From the NCBI GenBank assembly GCA_020891255.1, contig BQFW01000006.1, forward strand, positions 2,356,001 through 2,420,000: DNA of 64,000 nt, in the 5' to 3' direction. Positions 49,753 through 61,159 of the stretch are shown here, piece by piece. This DNA is from Entomortierella parvispora E1425. Its lineage: Eukaryota; Fungi; Mortierellomycota. Positions within the stretch are counted from its first letter, which is position 1; each line of letters opens with the position of its first letter. The notes under the pieces are model-generated. The model saw only the letters and a program-made list of their open reading frames with translations, searched no databases and had not been told where the DNA came from. The position numbers and the translations under genes are program-made.

Positions 49753-52700
49753 TTATTGTTGATGTTGTTGGTGCTGTTGGAGCATCTGCTGTTGCTGTCG
49801 TCGGATAAATGGGTTGGTGCTCGTGCTGTTACTCCGGCTTGGAGGTAGAGAGAGCTCCATGCTATCCAACGGGTGATCCATGTCCCAGGGTGGTTGATAG
49901 TCAACTCTGCTTCGTTCGACCATTTCAATATCATCTATGTCGTGTAAGCCTCCTTGATTGCTGGTGGTGGATGAGGCTTGCTGTTGATGTTGTTGGTTCC
50001 TGTTGTAGGACTGCATTGGGGATAGCAAGCTAGGGCTGACTTGATCTGAACTCTGGCTCTGACTCGAGTGCCACAGAGGGATAGAGTTCTGACTGGGATG
50101 TTCCATGTTGACGAAAAGAGTCTGATCGCTCGTACTTCGGAGTTTCCCTGGTGGTACTTCCTTCCCTGATTCTCCATCTCTGTCATCATAACTGATCTGC
50201 AAAGTAGGCGGAGGATTGTGGCTGCTTGTAGCTGATGGATTGGCCGTAGACATGTTCTCCATAGGGAGAACACTGCCAACATCCAAACTGCTGTCGCTGC
50301 TGGTCCCGTAAAGGTGATGATGGGCATCCTGCCTGCTGTTCTCAAAGAGATGGAACCAATAGAGCATCCGCTCTTCATCACGCACTTGAAGCAAGAAGTC
50401 GTACCGACTACTGCCAACGACCCGAAGAATGTAGGCCCCAGGTTCGCGCGAATGAATAAAGACAGAGACGTAAGTGAATGTCCGTCCTGTCTCGGGTTTG
50501 CCCTATCAAAAAAAAAAAAAAAAAAAAAAAAGAGATCCTGGTCAGAAAGATCCCACTCATGTAGCCGCTGTAATGCTCCAGCACCCGACTCACTGTGTTG
50601 CCGATCATGTTGTATTGTATTGACCTACCACATCGAAACATGTAAAGTACCGTCCAGCTGGGTAAAGGATGACACGTTTCATGGACCAACTTGACAGGAA
50701 TGAAAGGTACCTATTCTGGTACTTTACTCCCATGTATCCCACATGTGACTCTTTCAGCGTCGACTCGCCCTTGTTTTCATCCAGAGTTCCAATGCTTCCT
50801 TTCCGTCCAATACTGATTCCACTACCCGTCATTGGCAATTGGACGCTACTAGTGTTGGTAGATAATCCTCCAGGCAAAGCGGCGCTCGTCACGCCAGGAC
50901 CTAAAACCGCCAGGTTCCCTGCGCTGTTCATCCAAGCTGCTGCTGCGTTGCTATACAGGAACCCATCCAAGCTGCCGTCACATGTCACCTCATTGCCATC
51001 GTTATCGAAGCCAATGCCACTTCCACCACCCCCACATATTTGGGGGCTATGGTCCAATCCGGCTGCAGCGGCAGCGCGTTGTTGAGCCCGCTCAATCTGA
51101 GTGAAGAGTTCCCAGAGCTTTGGGAGAAAGAGGAACATGAGGGAGAATGTAGTTCCAAAGAGAATGACAACGGTCGAGAGAAAGAACTTTGTCAGGAACT
51201 CATCTTGAGGAAGAAAGATGGTGGGCACGGCCAAGCATCCAGAGAGGAGGATATTGCTAATGAGCAGGAAAAAAAAGAGGGGAGATAGTTTGATTTGAAA
51301 GTTAGAACGGAATCATATCATGTTCTCTTGTCAGCGAGGCATGTCAAAAAAAATACAAGACCCCTCTAGGAGTGAAGACTTACTAGACAACAAAGGCGAT
51401 TTGTCTGCACTCGTTGTAATTGGCAGCCACATTTCTGTTTTTGTACGCGAGGAATGTCGCGACAAAGAGCAAAGCAGCGTTGTAGACAAACAAGATGACA
51501 AAAAATGGGGTGCTGGGTCCATCCTGGTTGTCGCAAGTCCAATAACTTGTGAAATTCGGCATGATGATCTGCTGCAACATGGGTGGCGTCTTGATAAACC
51601 AGACTGCCATGACGATCTAAAACGTCGATCCAAACACACCAGAGCAATTCAAAACAAGATTTAGTCTGAAGGCTCTGGCAGATGGGAGGAACCGATAGGC
51701 CAAAAATATCGAGAGTGCTTACCAGATTGAATACGAGCAGGGTTCCAACAATCTTGAGCAAGTGCGAATCACGAATGACGCGTTTCGTGACATAGATATT
51801 ATGAAATATCCTATACACGCGAAAGTTCTTGGCTACGATGTTGCTCACGACCAACACAAAGCCGACATTCAGCGTAATTGGCCGGACCATGCAAATCGCA
51901 TCTGTAGGGATATCAAGTCCCATGACGACTGATATGTACAAAAGGATAAATCCTATCAACTCGAGGCAGCAAAACAGAGGACTAACAACGACATGAGGAA
52001 GTCTGTGTGAGTAAGATGGGATGAGGCAGTGTTCGTTCTCCTTCTCATTTCTTCTTTACTTACCTCGAGGCCTTGATGACCTGGGTATCTCTGTAGACGA
52101 CGACGATCAGCATCGCCAAGAGAGAAAACAGGACACTCAGTCCTGCAACTGATATAATGACCATCCCAATTGTCGATCCAAACTTTGGGTTCAGGATTTC
52201 CAGGGGTGCCGAGTCCGCAGGGGTATTGTAGGTGCCATCAAAGTACATAGGGGGGGAAGAGAGGTTGAATACCCCAGAGTACGAGGTTCCAATTGGTACA
52301 ACCTTGCCGTTTTGAAAGTTGTACAAGATGAAGTTGCTAAAGGCCAAAAAAAAAAAAAAAAAAAGAAAAAAAATATGAGGAGAGGAAAGGAAGGGATTAG
52401 ATACCATTGGTTTCTATGATGACAACACCTATTTTTCTTACCCATAGACCACGTCGCCATTGTCGTCAAACACCATGGGCCCGCCAGGACCCGTGTAATT
52501 GGTGTTCATGTTTGGTGGTTTCAGTTTGTTACCAAGACGGCCTGTCGCAAGCAGATGAAGCGCTGTCAAGTTGCCCTTAACCGCGTTTGCAAATCCGTAT
52601 GCCATTACCATCATGCACGAGTAAGCTTGAGGTTCGTTGCTTGAAATATCGCGCTGACCAGCGTATGGGTATCTAAGCATGATGGACGGAGGTCAATGTT

Positions 52701-54488
52701 AATATACTCTCCATTTTCAGTTTCTTCAGCCGCGGCAGTGAAAAAAGTTCAAAGGGAGATTGCCTACGACTTACTCCGTCGGATTCAGAGCTGCCCATTT
52801 GTCCAGGAATTGATCATACGGTGGGTATCCATTTAGTTTGAGCAGGTTATCAAACATGAACAGCCCATTCAGCTCTTGAGGTTTCAAAGTAGAGTTGGCG
52901 TTTAGCAATGGTTCCGTGACCTGATTGATCGCCAGCCAAACATAGTCAGTGGAAACCAAGCCCTTGTTTCTACATTCCATGAGGTTTTGGTAGAGAACGA
53001 AAAGTTCAGATTTAAAATCCTGTCGCCAAAGTACTGTCAAAAAAAAAGCGATGCCCTCGGCATGTCTTACACTGCTTCGGTCATCATTCGAATCTGAGGG
53101 ACGCCCACGGCAGCAAGGAGAACGATCCGCTGACCAGAATCCCTGAGGCCATCTAGGGATGGGCCAACATCTGTAGATCCGCCCGTCTCCCAGAATGTGC
53201 GTCTGAATCCAATCTTGATGTTTTTTTTAGCGGCCCAAAGCGCAATGTTGTCCATCACTAGGAAAAGAGAATATCCCAAGGGGAGGGGAAAAAAAAGAGT
53301 CAGGAAATGGCGCATGGTCGACTCCTCTTTGATAAACACCGGATGGGATCTCCTTACTCTGGGATCCAAGAGAGTCGCCCGTGTACAAGACGGCAATGGT
53401 ATTCCATCCTCGACTTTCCACAAAGGTGACCATGACTTGTCCAAACATCAGCTCTGTTGGAATTGTCCTGAAAAAGTAACTGTAATCATCCTTGTTGGAA
53501 AGTTGTGCTATTCAGAGGAAATGGACTGTCAGTGTTGCAAAACCAAAGGAAAGAAATAGAGGTGGTTGAGATCACTTACTTGATCCTGCCGAGTAGGAAC
53601 ATTGCGGAATCGACAGCCGACTGGTCAGCAAGGCCGATTGAACCGAGAGCGCACTACTCACGTCTCCTATCACGCCTGCTACGCCTCCATTGGTCTGCAA
53701 CAAGGAAACGGTCGAGAAGATGGCCTGGGCTGCGCCCGAGTTCTCTGGGTCCAGTCCATTGAACGAGTCCTTCAGGACCAAAGTCACGTATGCACCCGGG
53801 ATCAGTTGGTTGGCGTTGATCTCGCTCGCTGCAAGCCGGATCGCTGATGTCCCGCTGTGGTGAGGGAAAAAAAAGCCATCACCAGATTAGAACAAAAAAA
53901 AAAGCTTGATTGCTCCTGCTCATCTACACGCAGAGGGTGCTGCAGCCAAAAGAAGCGAAAAAAAAAACGGAGGTCAGGGTACCTGAAGGTGAGATCTTGC
54001 GTCAGATTGTTGGGGAGAGAATAGGGTAGGAGGACACCGATCCTGATTTCAACCAGGCCTGTCCGAAGCGTAGCGTTGGGTGTTATTGATAGCGAGTTGT
54101 TTGTGCCCGTTGCGGGCGTGTAAGGAAATACCCTCTGCGATGCATTGGGTTGGTTCTGTGGAAGGAGGAGTCCTATCGGTTGTTGAGGTTGAGATGCTGA
54201 TGGGGAGGGTAGTGAGGTGGGCGGCAAGTAGGGCGAGGGGAAGGACGCGGGAGAGATAGGAGTGGTGGCGGTTGTGGGGCTTGGAGAGGGGTTGCTGACT
54301 GCTTCTTGTCGTTTCCTGAGGGCATTAGAGTGGTCTTGTCGTTGCTGTCGTGTATCATGTCGGGGATTGTTGAGGGAAAGAGGGGTAAGGGAAGAAGATA
54401 CTTGTGTGCCAAGGAGGAGGAGGATGAGTATGAGGGTTGAGATAGTCCTATATGACGATGTCGGTGGTTTCGAGGACAGGCACTTCAT
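49753..54488 (-). CDS. class C (GABA-B-like) GPCR: Venus-flytrap/ANF ectodomain, 7TM_3, PH-like and Q/S-rich tail; multi-exon
   Basis: Signal peptide; IRIGVLLP, AIRLAASEIN, VIGDVSS, IPQCSYSAGS, YFFRT (PBP type 1); AKNFRVYRIF, KNRNVAANYNECRQI, LFLPKL (7TM_3). Confidence 0.88.
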
Positions 54489-54927
54489 GATGGAATTAAA
54501 GAGATGGATGCAAAGGCTGATATGTTGATGAGGTGGAGAAAAGTGCGGAGGAGGATGTCGTCTATGGTGGTATGCGGGTCCCTGACAGAAGAGGCCCTGA
54601 GGATCTACTTTTGTTTCTTCTGGGGACGAGGGAAGCGAATCCAAGCAACGGTGCAGGCAAGCAAGGGACACGTATGAAGGAGAGAAAGAGAAAGAGAGCG
54701 GGAGAGAGAAAGGACAAAGAGAGAGAGAAAGGAAGGAAATGAGGCGTTAGACCGATGAAAACTGAGAGGAAAGGATAGTGATCAAGTTGGCGCTGTCTGC
54801 AAGAAACTCGCGATGGACCGCTCCGGAGGCGATGATCCTGTTTACTAGGGAAGAGGAGCAGCAGAGAGCACAGAGTGATGTTTGAGACGTTTTTTGTGCA
54901 ATGGAGCAAGCGACAAAGAGACAGAAG

Positions 54928-54933
<6 letters not shown>

Positions 54934-54960
<27 letters not shown>
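54934..54960. repeat. (GACA)n microsatellite
   Basis: Tandem GACA units upstream of the GPCR. Confidence 0.85.
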
Positions 54961-54961
<1 letters not shown>

Positions 54962-56988
54962 GCAGACAGATAGAGAGAGTAGATGGGATGACTAAAGGCC
55001 AGAAAAGAAAAGAGTCGGCATGCAAGGCAACGGAGGACCGTACAGAAAAGGGAGGAGGATGGGACGGGGGGACCATCATGACCATGACCATGGGCCTTGA
55101 GGGGCCCCACAGTTTGATATCACCGTCCGGTGGGGGGAAGGGTAGATGCTGGAGTTGCTTGTGTCAGCGTTGGGCAGCAGTGATCTCTGGACAGGTGGCC
55201 TCGCCGGTGCGGATGAACACCAGGCAATGACGACGACCGACGACAGCCGACGACGGCAGCAACGGGGCAGTAACGTTGTAATAAAATGACAAGGGAGCCG
55301 GAAGGGCTCTTTGAGGAAACGGTGCCCAGTTCAATTGACCCGCTGCAAAGGCAAAGGCGAGGGAGGGGGTGCACAAGTACCTGTGGAAAAAGGTTTTATG
55401 ATTTGCCGCACTGGAGGGTGGCAAAGTGGTTAAAGTAGACAGGCAGAGTGCACAGATGGCGTGGAGCAAGTCTTCAGATCCCTTTTATGAAGATGACCAT
55501 CCCACAGAAAATAAAAAACGAAAAAAAAAAAGTCCGTTATTGCAAGGGCAGAGTGGAATACCCGCACCGAGGGACAGAAGGGCCTGATGGTGGACTAAAA
55601 ATAAAAGAAATCGCGCGAGCAGGATGACCGTTTGGGTGCATGGACGGTCTCTGTTTGTCTCGGCAGGGATCAGGGTGCAAGCTGACGGAGGGATCGTGGT
55701 GACGACGGAAACCGGTCTTTGTTGGGATGTGGGATGGGCGCAACATTAGAGGGGGACGAAAAAAAGGAGTTGCCCAAACTCCAAACAGGAGTCAACGGGC
55801 CCACTCGATTTCTTCAACAAGGGACTGCAGCATGGCCCAAATGCAGTCCCTGTCGACCAGCTGCAACCAAAGTGCTGGGAAAGGGGAGCATTGCGTTGTC
55901 GAGAGTTTGTGGATCGACGCGAGTCAACAATATAGTCTATCTAGACGACCAGGGAGAACTACCTTGCTCTGGTGCTGTGCAGCTGTTGGCATGTAGCACG
56001 GGGGCCGTAATGTGAAGGCGAGAGTAAGGTTATGTGGAGTGAGAAGGTCAATAGGAAAGGGGGAGATATAGCAGTTGGGCGGCAAGGATCGAAGGTTGGC
56101 GCAGTAACAAGAACGTACAGGGGCCAGTATGGACATGGAGGCACTCTGATGGAGTGAATGGAAAGCCGAGGAACCAAAGATGGAAGGACAAAAGAAAAAA
56201 AAAGAAAAAAAAAAGGAAAAAAAGGGAGCAGAGATGAAAAGGGAATGGAGGGAGGATGGAAAGGTGGAAGTCAAAGATAGCTTGAATGAGGAAGGGGTTT
56301 CTGGAAGACTGAGATCCAGTCTGGTGGCGTGCGGATGATGAGGTACCGGCTGTCTCCTCAAGGGGGCCAGTTGCGTGTCGATCGGGAGAAGGCGTAGCGG
56401 AAGCAAAGGGAGAAAGGGCATTGAGCACCATGTCGCCTGTCCCCATTCCGCCCATTCGAGGGTCACACCCTGATCTCTCCTTTCTTTTGTAATATCGACG
56501 CTCTTGTTTGAGGGTCCAACCATTCATGCATTTCTGCGGTTGAGCAGGACAGGATAGGTGGGGGCAGACACGCTGAAGAGGACAGAGGACGAAGAGGAGA
56601 AGAAGGAGAGGGGGGAGGAACGTTCTGCCTCCTTGGAACAATGGGCGAAAGAGCCTTGGGGAGGGAGCAGGTATATGAACAAGGGGCTGCAGTCAAGATG
56701 CAGGCACGGCGCGCCAGCAAGCCCGATCCTCATAGTCGCAGCCATGACCTGCCAACAGGACGCGTCCTTGCCGTGTCTGTCTGCCTACAGAAAGCGACAT
56801 CTCGTCTTCCTTGGCCGCCGATTGAGTTCATGCTCTTGGCGCTTGGCCAGGCCAGAGGGGCGAGTGCTCTTGCCCAATGGGAGCACCGGTGCCGTTTCCC
56901 ACAAAGAGGGTCGCCATCGAGTTTTTCTTTCTTTCTTTCTTTCTCTTCGCTCTCCGTACACTCACCCACATACACACAACCGTTGGCC

Positions 56989-58245
56989 ATGTTGTCGCAA
57001 CGGGCCTTCTCACGGCTGGTCTCCCTTGCCAACGCTTCAAGCCTCGTCCGCACCGGCTCCTCTTCGCTCAGGACCTTCACCACTGGATCCACCACTGGCA
57101 GAGGCACTCTTTTCAGCTGCTACTCAAGACTCTCAGCATCAAAACATTCGTCACCTTTGGCAGCTGTATCCAGTACATATGCCCTTGGCCGGTCCCTGAC
57201 CGCCCCCAAGGCCTTCCAAGGACAGATCCTTCGTGGGTTCTCACAACGGACAGAATTGTTCTCACGACCCGTATTTATTTCAAGCACCTCGCCCCGATCT
57301 CTTCGAGTTCAACTTCAGCAACATCAGAGGAGGGCCTATTCAGATTATCCCCAGAGGAGAAGGCGGCCCTTCCGGTTCTTGTTTAAGGTGATGCTCATCT
57401 CTTCGGCACTGGTGGCTCTGCCGGCGATCATTGTCTTTGGAGCACCCGTTGCCAGTTTGTTTGTCATCCCTTTGGCAGTTGGTAGTATCGTTGGAGGCGC
57501 CCTCTTGTTGACAGGCGGAGTCCTGTTCCTGGCTTTGCCCATGGCCGCCGTTGGAGGAGCCATAGCCCTGTACGTCTTTTCGATGCCCGCTGCCGTGGCT
57601 ATCAAGGATATGAACAATATTCTCAAGCGAGAGAGCGGGGAGCATTACAAGACCGCTCTGGCCGCCTTGGGACCTGACTGGGAAGTTCAATCCTCCTCCC
57701 CGGACGAGTGGTTCCGATGGGAGTTTCCCACCAGAACGGGACAGCTGGACAGGATCAATATCCGGATGGCTGTTTTTGACCCCAATGACCAGAGTGGACG
57801 CAAGGAGCGCATGTTCCGGTTCCTGGACCGGATCGAGAGCGAGTCATCCGAGGAAGAGCTTGTCGTGATCGATGGAGAAGAAAAGCAGAGGGAAAAGAAG
57901 GTGATCAGGAGTGGCAACTTTGAAATAAGCAACAACTCGGAGTCGCTCAAGGTCCAGCACCTTCATATCAAGCGGGAGCAGGACCACGTTCTCATTACAA
58001 TGGAGGACCGTGGCGAGCGGCTGATGGAGCAAAAGTGGGCCAGGAAGTACCTTGATTTGGCCAGGATCGTCGATCGTGCGGCGACGGAGATGGAAGCGCA
58101 ACATCCAGGTCTGAGCCTGGGCCAGCAAGTGGTGCTCGTCCACCGGAACGAAAGGTCGCTCTGGAACAGGCTCTCGTTCTACGGCGACGTCGCGGTGCGT
58201 GTGCCAGTGGACCGTCAATGGGTCAAGGACCTGTCCGAGCTGTAG
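56989..58245 (+). CDS. hypothetical membrane protein with mitochondrial-presequence-like N-terminus; intronless
   Basis: R/S/L-rich, nearly acid-free N-terminus MLSQRAFSRLVSLA; long G/A-rich hydrophobic segment; soluble C-domain. Confidence 0.7.
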   Translation: MLSQRAFSRLVSLANASSLVRTGSSSLRTFTTGSTTGRGTLFSCYSRLSASKHSSPLAAVSSTYALGRSLTAPKAFQGQILRGFSQRTELFSRPVFISSTSPRSLRVQLQQHQRRAYSDYPQRRRRPFRFLFKVMLISSALVALPAIIVFGAPVASLFVIPLAVGSIVGGALLLTGGVLFLALPMAAVGGAIALYVFSMPAAVAIKDMNNILKRESGEHYKTALAALGPDWEVQSSSPDEWFRWEFPTRTGQLDRINIRMAVFDPNDQSGRKERMFRFLDRIESESSEEELVVIDGEEKQREKKVIRSGNFEISNNSESLKVQHLHIKREQDHVLITMEDRGERLMEQKWARKYLDLARIVDRAATEMEAQHPGLSLGQQVVLVHRNERSLWNRLSFYGDVAVRVPVDRQWVKDLSEL

Positions 58246-58444
58246 AGAGAGCACCGCACCCATAGTAATAAAGCAAAAAAGAACCACAGGCGCAAATGCA
58301 ATCGGAGCCTTCATAATTATCGATGAGAAATCGCTCTCTGTCTTTTCGTTCTTTCGTTCCTCCTTCCTTCCTTCCTCTCTTCATTCGATTGCGCATCCTT
58401 CCCTCCTCTCTCCATTCACCTCTCCATGCTCCCTGTGCGCTGCA

Positions 58445-61031
58445 ATGTCTGATTCTTACCCTGCATCAGATCCGATCCCGGACATGACTCGCCTCACCTT
58501 GTCCCCCGCACCTGTCCACCATGGTGACATGCATGACCCTCGCCATGAGACTCGGCCACGCAGTGAAAGGCGTTTGTCTTCCTCGTCCTCTTCTTCCTTG
58601 CCCTCACGCACCCCCCTCTCATCCCAGGCACGCAACCCACAGCTGCATGCCGTTGACGACTCCTCGCTTCTGCCCCTGTCTTCAACACCACCCCCTGTCC
58701 CGGATCGAAACCGGTCTTCGCCTGCATCTCAGGAACAGTCGCACCACCCGCAGAACCCGCAGGGGCTGCTCGAGTCGTCCGTGCCTATGGACGTGTGGGC
58801 GGATCAAGGGCATTACCCGCTATTTCTGGACAAGGTCTCAGAGCTCGCTATTCCTGTTCGAGGAGGAACCCGTCTCGTACTCACGGGCGAGAACTTTCGA
58901 GGTACAGTGCAGAAAAAGAACTGCAGGGTCTTTCGCCTCGCTAGAAAGCAGATGTTCAAGTCCTTTTCATTCTCTAGATGGCATCCAAGTCGTGTTTGAA
59001 TGTCCCCAACTCGGCGACGCTGTAGAAGCCAAAGTGATCACACCGTTTGTATTACAGAGCACTGAACTCGAGATGTTGAGCCCGTGTTTCATGGACTGGT
59101 GGGCCCATTTGATCTCGACAACGACTCTGCCTCCGAGAGGATTGGATTTGACTGTCAAACTTATCTGCCCTGGAGCTACGCTTCCCTCGGACATGGAAAC
59201 ACCGTTCGGAATGGTCGCGTTGGAAGGTAAAAAACAAAACATACTGCCAGTGTCAGTAGTCAGAACAAAGAGTCAAATTTCCGTTCTTTCATCCCTTGTT
59301 AACATGATCGCTTCTTTGTAGATTCGGAAAAGGATCTGCTGCAAGTAATTGTGGGCTTGCACCGTCAGTTGATATACGCCAGCCTGAGCAGCAAACAGGA
59401 CATGGAGGAGCAGAGCAATGTACATCCGCCACTCAATTTCAAAAACAAAAAGTGGCCTCACAAAATGATGGATGGGGCATGAGAGCTAACTTTTCTATCC
59501 CCCTTTTCATAATCTGCTGTAGACGCGACAGAGGACATTGGCACTTTTGGAGCTGGATCGACCTTCAAGCGTCACGCAGTCGGAACATCTTGCACTCGGA
59601 GTCATCTACATGCTCTGCGATGGAAAGGACAGGATCTCCTCCAAGGGCTTGGAGCTGATGACTGCTCGGTCACCAGGAGGCCACGACATGCTCCATCTAT
59701 CTGTGGTATTGGGCCTGTCGACTTTAACTCGCGAAATTGCCCGACACCTTTTGAACCACTACCACAGTCTCCTCCAAGGGGATATCACGTCGATTCCTCC
59801 AGGAGTGTTGGCTGCTGATGCCAATGGATTGACCGCCTTGGATTTCGCCGTAATTATGGGCCATTACGAGATTGAGCAAGTGTTGATTGCGACCTTGGAG
59901 GCAGCAAGCGAATTCAATGAGGCGTATCTGGCGTCGCTGACAGCCAGACCACTCCCGACAACACCAAACAGTGTGGTCGCGAGTCGGCCCTTACCGCCAA
60001 CACCACATGGACCCACCCCAGAGCCCACTACTCACATGGATGGCGGAGGACCTGGGATGGCGACCTCAGTCTCTTATTTTCCTACATATCCAAACAACGA
60101 GCAGGCATACCACCCATCAGTAACGGCAGAAAATACAGCCACAACTGGACATTTGCCGACTTCCATGCCAGCGCAGCGGATCCAAACTGCTCACGCTCTT
60201 ATTTTACATGAAGGCGCCCTTGAAGCCACGACACCGGTGTCGACAGCATATACCCAAATGAGCCACCAATCCGCCCTTGTGGCCTCTCCCTCCCTTGAAG
60301 CGACCTCAAGGCTACACCGTCACGATCAAACCTATCAGTCCTACCAGAAACAACAGCAACAGCAAGACTATTCGCAACAGGAGCATGCCCACCCTCCATT
60401 GCCGTCACGCGCAAATACAGAACCGCTACCACCACGGCAGCTGCCAATCCTCGAGCAATACAACAATGGCCACTTTGATAACCATAGTGATGATCTTCGT
60501 CAACATCACAGTTATTCAAACGAGCCATCCCCTCAGGAGATCTACAAATCATCCGTAGCACCTTTCCGTCCTCTGCCGGCCACACCTGTCCCACCACCAG
60601 CGCCTCTTCCGCCACCAAAGCACATTGTGAAGAGAGTGAATCGACCCAAGCAGTTTACAATCCCTGCAGTAGGCAGCGAACCGGGCAGGAGTTCAAGCTC
60701 AGGAAGCATCAACAGTGGAAGTTCAGGAAGCAGTACCTCACCCTCTCTACCGCTCTATCCTCCCACATACCGTCCTCAACCCTTACCTCAGATCCAGCCG
60801 CCTATCTATCCTCCTTCCTTACAGCAAGTTTCGCCACCCCCTCTTCAAAGCTTGTACCCTCCGCAACAACCACAGCCTCACCCTCACCCTCAACATTTCC
60901 ATTCATATCCATACCAGACTCATCCATATCCTCCACAACAGCCTCCACAGCAGCCCCCTTTCCCACAGCCGTTCATGTCGCAGCCAATACCGCAGCAGCA
61001 CCAGGCGTATCCATATCCACAACAAAATTGA
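58445..61031 (+). CDS. IPT/TIG + ankyrin repeat protein with P/Q-rich tail; multi-exon
   Basis: IPVRGGTRLVLTGENFRDGIQVVF (IPT-like); GHDMLHLSVVLG and ADANGLTALDFAVIMGHYEIEQVLI (ANK). Confidence 0.75.
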
Positions 61032-61159
61032 AAATAACAGTGGTCATCAAAGAGACCATGTCCTTTTCTCAATGGGAGCAGGGCGGGGGGAAAAGTTTCA
61101 ACTGAAGAAGAGTGGCCAAAGAAAACCAAAAATTGTGAATGTATTTTTTATTCTTTTTT

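Noticed and set aside
56335-56472. Box C (ATGATGA) and box D (CTGA)-like motifs
   Set aside because: No terminal stem or recognisable rRNA-antisense element
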